DNA from: Gammaproteobacteria bacterium
GTDB taxonomy: Bacteria; Pseudomonadota; Gammaproteobacteria; Steroidobacterales; Foliamicaceae
Length of the DNA stretch: 64,000 nucleotides
Direction: 5' to 3'
NCBI GenBank assembly: GCA_963665145.1
Contig: OY762064.1
Location: forward strand, 1,588,239 to 1,652,238
The notes beneath the pieces are model-generated. The model did not search any database. It had not been told where the DNA came from and worked only from the letters and a program-made list of their open reading frames with translations. Position numbers and translations under genes: made by a program. Numbering within the stretch: the stretch's first letter is position 1; each line of letters begins with the position of its first letter. Shown here in pieces: positions 37,882-47,061 of this stretch.

Positions 37882-39540
37882 ATGACCAGATCGACCGACA
37901 CGCCGGACGCCGCACCGGGCATCGCCCTTCAAACCTTGCTGCGCAACGCCAAGGCAAAGGCATTGCGGGAGGTAATCGGTCCGTCGATCGTGGATACGCT
38001 CCTGGGGCTCGACCCGGAACTGGATTCCGGCACCCGGCTCGGAGAGCTTGCTGCCAGCCTCCTCGAACCCTCCGAAGCATTGCGCGACCCGGAGATGCGC
38101 GACCGCATCATCCGCATGTTGCCATTACCGAAGGCGCGCGAACTGGGCGGGCACTTCGGCGTTATGGACGGTCGTACGCTCTACGATGATCTCAGCGTCG
38201 CCGCCGCAGAACCCGCGGGGCTGGCTGTAATGTACTCTTTCTTCGGAGTGGTGCGAGACGTTCGCGCGCCGGCGCACACGTCCCCGAATGCCATGACGGC
38301 GGCTGCCGGTTACGCGCTGTTCGATCACCAGCGTGCCGCTGCCGAGCGTGTCATGCACGCGCTGACCGACACGACGCGCAAGGTCATTCTTCATATGCCC
38401 ACCGGTGCAGGCAAGACCCGCACGGCAATGCACATCGTGGCCGAACATCTGCGCCGGAGCGAACCGACCGTCGTCTGCTGGCTGGCCCAGAATGCGGAAC
38501 TTCTCGACCAGGCCGCCGACGAGTTTGAGAACGCATGGCGTTTCCTCGGAAACCGGGAAACCGGACTCATCCGCTTCTGGGGACACAGGAGACCGGATGT
38601 TCTCGACATGCAGGACGGTGTGATCATTTCCGGCCTCGCCAAGATGTCCGCGCTCGACAACCGCGACCCCGCAACCCTGCTGCGTTTGGCGGACCGCGTC
38701 TCGTTGACGATAATCGACGAGGCCCATCAGGCCATTGCGCCGACCTACGCGGCGATCCTCACCGCCCTCTACAGCAAACGTCCGCGCAACGCTTTGCTGG
38801 GGCTGACGGCGACGCCCGGAAGAAGCTGGTCGGATATCGGCGAGGACCGCAAGCTCTCGGACTATTTCAACGGCCGTAAGGTCACGCTCGAAGTCGAGGG
38901 GTACGACGACCCGGTGACCTTCCTGATCGACCAGAATTATCTTGCACGGCCGATCTTCCGCACCCTCAATTCCGATGCGGGTCTCAAGCTGAGCGAGAAC
39001 GATGTAAATGCGCTCTCGACCGCAATCGACGTGCCGGAGCAGATTCTGGAACGTCTGGGTACCGACACGCAGCGCAACCTGAAAATTCTGTCCGCCGTCG
39101 AAGACCTGATGACGCGGCACCGTCGAGTCATCGCATTCGCGCCCTCTGTAGAAAATGCGCGCATGCTTACGGCAATCTTGTCCATACGCGGACACGAAGC
39201 ATTCGTCGTGACGGGTCAAAGCAATGCGGCAGAACGCGATAGAATAATTAAGCGTTTCAAAAGTAAAGATAATCGCGCAATGGTGGTTGTAAACTACGGT
39301 GTTTTGACCACCGGATTCGACGCGCCCGCGACGAGCGCCGCCGTAATCGCGCGACCGACACGATCACTTGTTCTTTACAGCCAGATGGTCGGCAGGGCGA
39401 CACGCGGAACACGTGCCGGTGGAAATGACGAGGCCGAGATTGTAACAGTTGTCGATCCGCACTTGCCCGGCTTTGGCAACGTTGCCGACGCATTCAAGAA
39501 CTGGGAGGACGTTTGGGATGAGCCTGACAGATGCTGCTGA
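37882..39540 (+). CDS. superfamily-2 DEAH-box helicase
   Basis: 552 aa. Motif I is HMPTGAGKTRTA, II is IIDEAHQA, III is LTATPGR and VI is QMVGRATRG. It has a roughly 170-aa N-terminal extension of unknown type. Confidence 0.85.
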   Translation: MTRSTDTPDAAPGIALQTLLRNAKAKALREVIGPSIVDTLLGLDPELDSGTRLGELAASLLEPSEALRDPEMRDRIIRMLPLPKARELGGHFGVMDGRTLYDDLSVAAAEPAGLAVMYSFFGVVRDVRAPAHTSPNAMTAAAGYALFDHQRAAAERVMHALTDTTRKVILHMPTGAGKTRTAMHIVAEHLRRSEPTVVCWLAQNAELLDQAADEFENAWRFLGNRETGLIRFWGHRRPDVLDMQDGVIISGLAKMSALDNRDPATLLRLADRVSLTIIDEAHQAIAPTYAAILTALYSKRPRNALLGLTATPGRSWSDIGEDRKLSDYFNGRKVTLEVEGYDDPVTFLIDQNYLARPIFRTLNSDAGLKLSENDVNALSTAIDVPEQILERLGTDTQRNLKILSAVEDLMTRHRRVIAFAPSVENARMLTAILSIRGHEAFVVTGQSNAAERDRIIKRFKSKDNRAMVVVNYGVLTTGFDAPATSAAVIARPTRSLVLYSQMVGRATRGTRAGGNDEAEIVTVVDPHLPGFGNVADAFKNWEDVWDEPDRCC

Positions 39541-41353
39541 GTCGCAAAGGCTCGACGGAGAAATCATTCCGCCCGAACTGGCCGTGAAGGCCATGCGCGA
39601 CAGCGGCTACAAAAACACCGCACACGCTCTCGCCGAACTGATCGACAATTCCGTCCAGGCGAACGCAAGCCATGTCGAGGTGATCTGCCTTGAAGAGTAT
39701 CGGAAGGTCAACGAACGCGCCAGCCGCAGGATTCAGGCAATCGGCACCCTCGACAATGGCGACGGTATGACGCCTGAGACGCTGCGTCTCGCCCTTCAGT
39801 TCGGGAACGGCACGCATCTGACGGACCGGAAGGGTATCGGCCGTTTCGGCATGGGGCTACCAAACTCGTCGATATCGCAGTGCCGCCGGGTCGAAGTCTG
39901 GACATGGCAAAACGGCCCCGACAACGCCATGTACTCCTATCTCGATGTAGATGAAATTGAAGGTCGGCGGCTGTATGCGGTTCCGACTCCCGCGCACAAA
40001 CCGATGCCCGATGAATGGCGCGCTTGTTCCGACAACGTCGACACGACCGGCACGCTCGTTCTCTGGACAAACTTCGACGATCATCGCCTGAGCTGGCGCG
40101 GCGCGCCGGCGACGCTGCGCCATACGGAATCGCTTGTCGGGCGCATGTACAGGAAGTTCATCGACAACGGTCGCCTGTCCATCCGACTCTTGGCATTGCT
40201 CGAAGACAAGGATGAACCGACCTTCGACGAATCGGTGCGCGTCAACGACCCGCTCTACCTGATGCGGAATTCATTGACCCCGGTCCCGTTCGACATCGAT
40301 CCGATGTTTCAGCCCTGGGGCGACGCGGACGAGGTGTTCTCTATCGATTACGACGGTGCAAAGCACGATGTCGTGGTCCGCATGAGCTGGGCGCGGGAAG
40401 AGACCGTGCCGGATGACAGAAGCGACCGCGGCTCAAAACCTTACGGAAAGCACGCTGCCAAGAATATCGGCCTTTCCATCGTCCGAGAGGGCCGCGAGCT
40501 AGACCTCGATCCTGCCTGGACCAACAGCTACGATCCGACCGAACGATGGTGGGGCGTCGAGGTCGAGTTTCCCTCGACGCTCGACGAGGTGTTCGGCGTT
40601 ACGAACACCAAACAAAGCGCCACGGTCTTCTCGCATATGGCCCAGTTCGATTGGAAGGCCGAGGCCAATTCCGGCGAATCGCGGTCGGAGTTTCAGGAGC
40701 GCATACAGGGCGAGGGCGATCCGCGTGCGATTCTGCTGCCCATCGTCGATCACATACGCGACCAGATTCAGGAGGTGCGCAGGCGCCTCAAGAAACAGAA
40801 TGTCGGACGCCGGACGAAAGAAGACCGGCATGACAAGCCTGACGTTTCCGACCTAGCCACGACAAAATTTCGCGAACGCGCTGACCAGGGACACGAGACG
40901 GAGTCGGACCACGAAGAGTTCACGGAAGAGGACCGCGACAATCTCGAGAAGGATCTCACCGAGGACAAACAATACCGGCAGGATGTCGCCCATGAAATCG
41001 CCCAAGCGACATTCACGCGCAAGCGTAAGGTCCTGTTTCTTGAAAAGGCGATGGAAGGCTACGCCTTCTTCAATGTTGAGCACAAACAGGGTGGAGTGAC
41101 CCAGGTTGTTTTCAACAGCGATCACCCCTTTTACGACCAGCTCATAGAATCGCTTCGGCCCCAGATCGGCGAAGAAACCGACGCCGAGTTGATGGAGCGG
41201 ATACACACGGCGGCCGACACGCTAGAATTGTTGTTTGCTGCCTGGGCGCGCTACGAGATGGAGGAATTGCGCCACAAGAACCGGCTGTTCGAGATGCGGC
41301 AGGAATGGGGAAAGATGGCGCGCTTCTTCCTCACGGAAGAGGACGACGAATGA
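39518..41353 (+). CDS. GHKL-superfamily ATPase (HATPase_c_3/MORC-like)
   Basis: ATG 39518 after GGGAGGA, overlapping the helicase 3' end by 23 nt. Bergerat-fold boxes are ELIDNSVQA (N), LDNGDGM (G1) and GRFGMGL (G2). The C-terminal region is acidic and helical. Confidence 0.8.
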   Translation: MSLTDAAESQRLDGEIIPPELAVKAMRDSGYKNTAHALAELIDNSVQANASHVEVICLEEYRKVNERASRRIQAIGTLDNGDGMTPETLRLALQFGNGTHLTDRKGIGRFGMGLPNSSISQCRRVEVWTWQNGPDNAMYSYLDVDEIEGRRLYAVPTPAHKPMPDEWRACSDNVDTTGTLVLWTNFDDHRLSWRGAPATLRHTESLVGRMYRKFIDNGRLSIRLLALLEDKDEPTFDESVRVNDPLYLMRNSLTPVPFDIDPMFQPWGDADEVFSIDYDGAKHDVVVRMSWAREETVPDDRSDRGSKPYGKHAAKNIGLSIVREGRELDLDPAWTNSYDPTERWWGVEVEFPSTLDEVFGVTNTKQSATVFSHMAQFDWKAEANSGESRSEFQERIQGEGDPRAILLPIVDHIRDQIQEVRRRLKKQNVGRRTKEDRHDKPDVSDLATTKFRERADQGHETESDHEEFTEEDRDNLEKDLTEDKQYRQDVAHEIAQATFTRKRKVLFLEKAMEGYAFFNVEHKQGGVTQVVFNSDHPFYDQLIESLRPQIGEETDAELMERIHTAADTLELLFAAWARYEMEELRHKNRLFEMRQEWGKMARFFLTEEDDE

Positions 41354-41354
41354 T

Positions 41355-42302
41355 ATGGCAGTTGTCCCTCCCGGCGACGGTATTCTCGAACTGCTCAGGG
41401 CCGCAAACGACCGGGTGATCATAGCAGCGCCGTACATCAAATCCCCGACGCTGCGCCGGTTGCTAAACGTCATTCCCGAGGCGGTGTCGGAGTGCATCTG
41501 CGTCACGCGCTGGCTTCCCGAAGATATCGCCTCCGGCGTCTGTGATCTCGAAATCCTCGACGATCTCACCCACGCGCGGGGCGGACGGCTTCTAGTGCAT
41601 CCACATCTGCATGCAAAATACTACTCTAACGGACACCAGACGCTTGTCGGCTCGGCCAACCTGACGGCGCGCGGCCTTGGTTGGCACAAACTATCCAATG
41701 TCGAAATATTGGTCGCACTTCCGGCCGATTTTGGAGGGCTCGTTGAATGGGAACAATCGCTGCTGGGTTCGGGTGTAGAGGGCACAGTTCAGTTGCGTGA
41801 CCAGATTCGCCGGCAATCGAAACTGCTGAAACAGGCCGGGGCTCTTCGCGGCGTTCCGGAAGTTGAAGAGAAAACCTTCGATCAAGAAGATCCCTCACTG
41901 TGGATACCACAGTGTCCGGCCCCGGAACGTCTCTGGGAAGTCTATCGCGGGCATGGCGCCGATACGATGGTGAGCAGTGCGTTCGAAGCGGCACAGGAAG
42001 ACCTTGCGGTATTGTCTTCTCCGCCGGGACTTACGCGTGATTTGTTCACGGCCTATGTAGCCGGAATATTGAAACAGATGCCATTGCTCACCGAGATAGA
42101 CAAACTGGCAGCAGTCGGTTTGACGGACGCGAAAGCACACGAGTTTTTGGCCGATCGACTAGGAAGTACGGATCACGAAATCGAATATGGCCAGGTCTGG
42201 CGCGTCGTCAAACAGTGGCTTGTTCACTTCTTCCCCGAAACCTATCGGCTCGAAACTGGCCAGGAAGTTCTAGTCAAAGGTCGTGAACTGCCGCGCCACT
42301 GA
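41355..42302 (+). CDS. PLD-superfamily (single HKD, Nuc/NgoFVII-like) putative nuclease
   Basis: ATG 41355, one nt after the GHKL stop. The HKD-type motif is HPHLHAKYYSNGHQTLVGSANLTARG. About 315 aa with a C-terminal region of unknown fold. Confidence 0.75.
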   Translation: MAVVPPGDGILELLRAANDRVIIAAPYIKSPTLRRLLNVIPEAVSECICVTRWLPEDIASGVCDLEILDDLTHARGGRLLVHPHLHAKYYSNGHQTLVGSANLTARGLGWHKLSNVEILVALPADFGGLVEWEQSLLGSGVEGTVQLRDQIRRQSKLLKQAGALRGVPEVEEKTFDQEDPSLWIPQCPAPERLWEVYRGHGADTMVSSAFEAAQEDLAVLSSPPGLTRDLFTAYVAGILKQMPLLTEIDKLAAVGLTDAKAHEFLADRLGSTDHEIEYGQVWRVVKQWLVHFFPETYRLETGQEVLVKGRELPRH

Positions 42303-42324
42303 CAGGAGCGTTTCTTTTCCTGTC
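42301..42324 (+). terminator. weak hairpin after the PLD gene (GACAGGA-10 nt-TCCTGTC)
   Basis: A 7-bp stem read directly from the sequence. The U-tract is weak and interrupted. Confidence 0.3.
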
Positions 42325-42821
42325 CATGAAAACATGATTTTGGTGCTTTGGACGAGTCTGGTCATGCTGTCGTGAACTGAATCCCGCTTGCCGCGGGTGT
42401 CGGCGACTTAGCATCGATCGGTCGTGCATGCGACTACTTACGGCCCCCATTTTCATGGCCGCACAATTCGGAAATCAGGCTCCACGTTGCATCAAGCTCT
42501 GTCTAACTTTGCGCTATTCACGATTGAATCCAACCACGGGTTTGAAGAAATCTGGCCGGGGTTGCGGCAGCACAACATTGAAAAGCCGCAGCGTAGTTAC
42601 GTTGAGCTCACGCAACATGTGAAGGCAACGCGTAAAGACTGAATCAGGAAAGAAGAGGAAACGCTTGACGTGACTAGGCAGCATGCGCCGCGATCGTTCC
42701 GGCCAGTTTGTCTGTCCTTGTGCTTGGCTCAGCGACAAAGGCAGCCCGGGATTTAAGTTACGCGAGGGTGCCTAAGTAAGCAAACTGACTGCTTCACCAG
42801 CCTCAATAGGATTCAAAATCG

Positions 42822-43904
42822 ATGAACAACCCCTATAGTCCCGAACAGAAAAAGTGGCTTAATGATCTTCAGGAACATTACCGATCCGTGACCAACGGCA
42901 TCTGCATGGCAACTATCCGGCTTGGTGGCGAAAGTTCCACGGAGCCATGCGAAGGTCCAATTGGACGCCGTCACGCAATCGCGAAGAGGCACCTGAAACT
43001 GATTGCGGAATGCAATGCCCAAATTCGAGCCATTAGGGAGACTGGGACATTTGCGAAATGGCCGGAGCGGGAAGATGATCTTCGACTTGTGCCTATCAGT
43101 CGGTTCAGCGCGGGCCGGTGGTCCTGCCAGAGGCACGACGAGAGGTTCGGGGGCATCGACGCACAAGAGATTGATCTCTCGGAACCCGAGAATTTGTTTA
43201 AGGCGGTCTACCGTGTAGTCCTACGCCAAAACCATCTAATGCTGGCCCGCTGGAATGCGTTTTTCGGCATGACCCAAACCGCGGAAGGATGGAATCTTTT
43301 CAAGGAAACAGCATTCGAGAGGACGTTAAGCGACGAAGAAGCGACCAAGGCGGAAGCCGCATGGAGGGATGAAACACACGCGGTCATGAGGAAGATGCGC
43401 GATCTTGAACGGCGATTGAGGCTACAAGATTGGAACTCCCTTGAATTCCGCGCGCTCCTGGTGGCATCCAATCCCAAAGCGGCGGGATGGGGTTGTCTCA
43501 TGATGAAGTTTGACTTGAGCGGTTTGCGCGCCGATGATCCACGAAGACATTGGGACCACCATATCGAATTAGGCTACATTATTGTGATTCCTCAACAAGA
43601 GGGACATGCCATCATCACCGCCTGTGAGCCAGAAACTCAATTTCGCGTACCAGAGATCGTAAAAATTCACAGATTTATGCCGGTGCGCACGAACCCCAAC
43701 GAACCGCACACGGCTGAAGCACTTTTGAAGCGCGGGCTTTCGCAAAGGATCTGGGAACTCAACGAAATTGGCATGTGCGAATCACTCTATCAATCCTGGT
43801 CGGATGCAGAACGAAACGAAGTTAAGGCCTGGATGAAGAAAAGGGGATCGCGCCAACCCACGCTGTTGAAACAGGCTTTGAATTCTCTTCCTAGTTTTCT
43901 CTGA
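42822..43904 (+). CDS. orphan hypothetical protein (360 aa), visibly lower GC
   Basis: A clean ORF preceded by a roughly 520-bp AT-richer spacer. His/Cys-containing N-terminal blocks (GRRHAIAKRHLKLI, WSCQRHDERFGGID). I could not assign a family. Confidence 0.5.
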   Translation: MNNPYSPEQKKWLNDLQEHYRSVTNGICMATIRLGGESSTEPCEGPIGRRHAIAKRHLKLIAECNAQIRAIRETGTFAKWPEREDDLRLVPISRFSAGRWSCQRHDERFGGIDAQEIDLSEPENLFKAVYRVVLRQNHLMLARWNAFFGMTQTAEGWNLFKETAFERTLSDEEATKAEAAWRDETHAVMRKMRDLERRLRLQDWNSLEFRALLVASNPKAAGWGCLMMKFDLSGLRADDPRRHWDHHIELGYIIVIPQQEGHAIITACEPETQFRVPEIVKIHRFMPVRTNPNEPHTAEALLKRGLSQRIWELNEIGMCESLYQSWSDAERNEVKAWMKKRGSRQPTLLKQALNSLPSFL

Positions 43905-44030
43905 CCTAATCGCGCGAGAAATTTTGTTCGCCAACTTCGCGCAGAACCCCATGCACCGCCCAAGGACGCGCTGGAAATCCTCCGCTACTTGGGGCAGCCA
44001 TTACATGACTGTGCACTTGTCCATCACAGC

Positions 44031-45623
44031 CTACGGTGCAACCTTCTCGAAGAGATTCGCCTGTTCCTCATCGCGCGGCAAATCCACCTCGGGCATCAGC
44101 TTCGCGACCGCTTCGGCCGGTACATTCCCGAGCTCCTTCGGCTCCAGCTTGTGTAATCCACCGCCGTAAACACGTCCCTCCCCAAGCATCGCCTTAGGAC
44201 AAATCTGATTCAGAATCTTCCACATTTGCCGTCTCAGTTCCGGCCGAGCTACCAGAGCCTGATGTAGCGGCCTCGATGGGTATAGCATCAAGTACACGTT
44301 CGCCGCTGTTGCCCGTGAATTATTCAATATGAAGCGGAAAGATCGCCCATTCTTCTTGTCGCTTCGGCCGAGATAGGTGCAGACGAAAGGTGCCGGGGGC
44401 CGGTTTTCCTGCATGTACCAGCGCTTTCGATGGCGACAGATGTAGCGATCTGCAATTCCCTCTTGCTTACCCTCCTCTAAATACGCCCACAAATTCGGAA
44501 AGCGATTCTTGATTTCCTCTTCGGCCCACGGTGGATCTAGCAGAAACAATCGGCGCTCCAGCACCGGATTACCGCTCCGATCACCCTTGACTTCATCCTC
44601 TGTCAAATAGCGTGGACTCGGCAGGATCGGTTTGAAGGCTTCCATCGGAAGTCCGCGGCGAGCAATCTCCTGCGACGACAGGATGAAGTAACGGTTATTG
44701 CCAGTAGCCAAACCCCGCTTGATCTTGAAGAAGTCGCCGAGTACTGGCCCATTGTTTTTCTCGTGCCTTTCCTTCGCCGGATAGCGTGTCCATTTTGGAT
44801 CGTGGCGCAATGTCTGCGCTGGTATTAGCCGCTCCAGCTTCGGTCGTTCCAACGTGCCACCATAGCTGAATCGCACTTGGTGATCTTCTTTCGGAGCCTG
44901 GTTGCGGAACCAGACTACTGCGGACGACACAAGTGCGTCACCGAACTGCACATCGTTGGGGTCGAAGCGATGAATGTGGAGAAGCGTCACCCTGTTCAGC
45001 AGGTAGTGCTTCACGGCGACACCGTAATTCACGTCCATGAACTCGCTCGGGATCAACCACCCCGCCAATCCGCCTTCCGCCATCCACGGGTGGCTCAAAC
45101 CCAAAAAATAGCAGTAGAGCCCTGCAAGCCCGTTGATCTCCACGCCGCAGGAATTCAGCGTCTCTTGCCTCAACCGTTTCTTCTCGACATTGACAATATG
45201 GTGATGCCGAACATAGGGCGGATTACAGATGACAAGGTTGAACCTGTCCCCAGCCTTCGGCACCTCAGACCGGGTAAAGTCCATTAGGCGGAGATCAAGC
45301 CCGGTGTTCCCCCATAGTCTTGCCGCTGGCCGACCGTAATGCGGGTCGATTTCGTAGCCCACGGCAGAGCGAATACAAGTCTGTGGAAACACGCTCAGCA
45401 ATGCGGAATAGAACGAGCCCGTTCCAAAGGCCGGGTCCATAAACCTTATGTCCTCGTTCGCTCCGAGTTGCCTCTGCGCATATCGCTGTATATCCGCAGC
45501 CAGCCCGGACGGTGTCGCAAATTGACCCATACGGTTGCGCATCTGTACGTCTCGACCTGTGTCCAGATCACGTTGCAATGCGATCCGCCGAGCTTCCAAG
45601 TCTGTAACTGTTGCCCTATTCAC
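44031..45623 (-). CDS. N6-adenine DNA methyltransferase (gamma class, Eco57I/TaqI-like catalytic domain + target-recognition domain)
   Basis: 530 aa. Motif I is FMDPAFGTGSF and motif IV is VICNPPYVRHH. Confidence 0.85.
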   Translation of the reverse strand: MNRATVTDLEARRIALQRDLDTGRDVQMRNRMGQFATPSGLAADIQRYAQRQLGANEDIRFMDPAFGTGSFYSALLSVFPQTCIRSAVGYEIDPHYGRPAARLWGNTGLDLRLMDFTRSEVPKAGDRFNLVICNPPYVRHHHIVNVEKKRLRQETLNSCGVEINGLAGLYCYFLGLSHPWMAEGGLAGWLIPSEFMDVNYGVAVKHYLLNRVTLLHIHRFDPNDVQFGDALVSSAVVWFRNQAPKEDHQVRFSYGGTLERPKLERLIPAQTLRHDPKWTRYPAKERHEKNNGPVLGDFFKIKRGLATGNNRYFILSSQEIARRGLPMEAFKPILPSPRYLTEDEVKGDRSGNPVLERRLFLLDPPWAEEEIKNRFPNLWAYLEEGKQEGIADRYICRHRKRWYMQENRPPAPFVCTYLGRSDKKNGRSFRFILNNSRATAANVYLMLYPSRPLHQALVARPELRRQMWKILNQICPKAMLGEGRVYGGGLHKLEPKELGNVPAEAVAKLMPEVDLPRDEEQANLFEKVAP

Positions 45624-46586
45624 CTACAATCCAAACTCCGCGAAATCGTGGATGCGGTGCTCCCAAACCCAGTCGATACCTTCCGCCGCCTCGTAACCGA
45701 GATAGCCGCTGTCGAAATACCCGCACAGGAATAATACGAAGCGCACATTGTTACCGTAGGTTCGGCGCAACTGGCTCATTTTCGCCGCTTCTTCCTTGCG
45801 TCTCTTGTTGACGTTTGTGAAGTCTCCTGCCGATTTTGCCTCGATAAGCAACGGCAGCTCACCAACCTTGGCGGTCTTGGCCATAACGACCGCGTCCACA
45901 GGGATATTGATGTTCTTGTCCGTTCCTTCCTGGGCGACGGGTACGTTGAGACGAAACGAGTATGTCCCAGGCTTCATCTCATCAAACTTCGTGCCTTCGC
46001 CGGAAGGAAGGTTCGTATACCCCAATGTCGCCAGCCATTCGCCAATGGCTTCGAGCTGACGCTTCTCCTGAGCATTGCGGATGATGGGATTCGCAACGGC
46101 TCCGCACAAACGATCAGCCACGATCGTCGCAGCTCTATACAGCTCCTTTTCGGACGGTTCGTTGCGGCGCTCCAACCACACGAAGACATCGGGATCGGCC
46201 ATCGTCTCGATTATCTTCCCCATCTTTTCTAAGTCTATGTCCAGTTTGTTCCTCGGCATCCGTGGCGGCATCCTGTCGTACTTCTCCATCGACTTGACCA
46301 AGTTCCCCGAGACCCCGGCAAGACCAATCAGCCGGTCTACGGCCAACGGCGGACAAGTGGACATCCGCAAGGTAGGCAACACCGAGGGTTTCGTCTTTAG
46401 CAGTTCTGGCCCTACGTTGGTCAGGTTCTTGGTCGCCTTCAGCGTCGCCTCGACATCCTCTGTGGTCTTTACTCGCGTCGCCCGGTATGCCTCCGGTGCA
46501 AATCGCATGAACCAGTCGTTGTACATATCCACCGACAGCGCAATGTCTTCCTTCCACCGATCCGGTTTATCCCTGTTGGCAGCCAT
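45624..46586 (-). CDS. type II restriction endonuclease, XamI-like
   Basis: About 320 aa, abutting the methyltransferase gene with no gap. The N-terminal block KPDRWKEDIALSVDMYNDWFMRFAPEAY resembles what I recall of the XamI (RE_XamI) family; this assignment is from memory only. Start is ATG 46586 or GTG 46589. Confidence 0.6.
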   Translation of the reverse strand: MAANRDKPDRWKEDIALSVDMYNDWFMRFAPEAYRATRVKTTEDVEATLKATKNLTNVGPELLKTKPSVLPTLRMSTCPPLAVDRLIGLAGVSGNLVKSMEKYDRMPPRMPRNKLDIDLEKMGKIIETMADPDVFVWLERRNEPSEKELYRAATIVADRLCGAVANPIIRNAQEKRQLEAIGEWLATLGYTNLPSGEGTKFDEMKPGTYSFRLNVPVAQEGTDKNINIPVDAVVMAKTAKVGELPLLIEAKSAGDFTNVNKRRKEEAAKMSQLRRTYGNNVRFVLFLCGYFDSGYLGYEAAEGIDWVWEHRIHDFAEFGL

Positions 46587-46774
46587 CACTTGCGCTTCTT
46601 TGTCTGCACGTCCCGACTAGCCTGCCGGCAAAGATCCCAAACTTCCACGAATAGGCCGTTCAGCCGCACGTTCCGCATTGCTGCTTCTTTATTGAAATCA
46701 ACGGCCGTCTGCCTAGTTAGCCGGATTCCAATTACCTGTGTCGATTGGCCCTTTTTCCATCCGACTGCTCACTA
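46586..46774 (-). CDS. possible small ribbon-helix-helix controller-like ORF upstream of the restriction gene; no canonical start for the full domain
   Basis: The minus-frame translation ..QVIGIRLTRQTAVDFNKEAAMRNVRLNGLFVEVWDLCRQ.. has an RHH beta-strand and helix pattern, and its stop overlaps the REase ATG by 1 nt. The only ATG (46678) would give 30 aa. Confidence 0.25.
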
Positions 46775-47061
46775 TCGTTCTTGGTGTAGGCATTGTTTGT
46801 CGACAAGTCGAAAGATGTCAAGCGTTTTCGGTGGACTCGTTCGAACACATTGCCAATCCACACAACCTACTGCCACCGGTGATTATTTTCTTACGCTAAT
46901 CCGATCATCCGCAAGGCCGTCACGTCCCCTGCCGTAAATGCCGCCTTTTCGTCCCCTGCACAGCCCGAAGAGAGCGAGTCCGGCCGGTAGCGGGGCGGCG
47001 GGCGGCGCTCCGGGGGGCGCTGCCGCCGTTCCCTTTCCCCTGACACAAGGAGCACGGCACG

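Noticed and set aside
42424-42738. Small ORFs (72, 64 and 74 aa) in the AT-richer spacer upstream of the orphan 360-aa gene
   Set aside because: They have no ribosome-binding sites or motifs and overlap one another. A promoter or sRNA cannot be excluded, but nothing specific could be supported.
43905-44030. Possible bidirectional terminator between the convergent orphan gene and the methyltransferase
   Set aside because: Only imperfect short inverted repeats are present (GCGCGAGAA / CTTCGCGC), with no U-tract.
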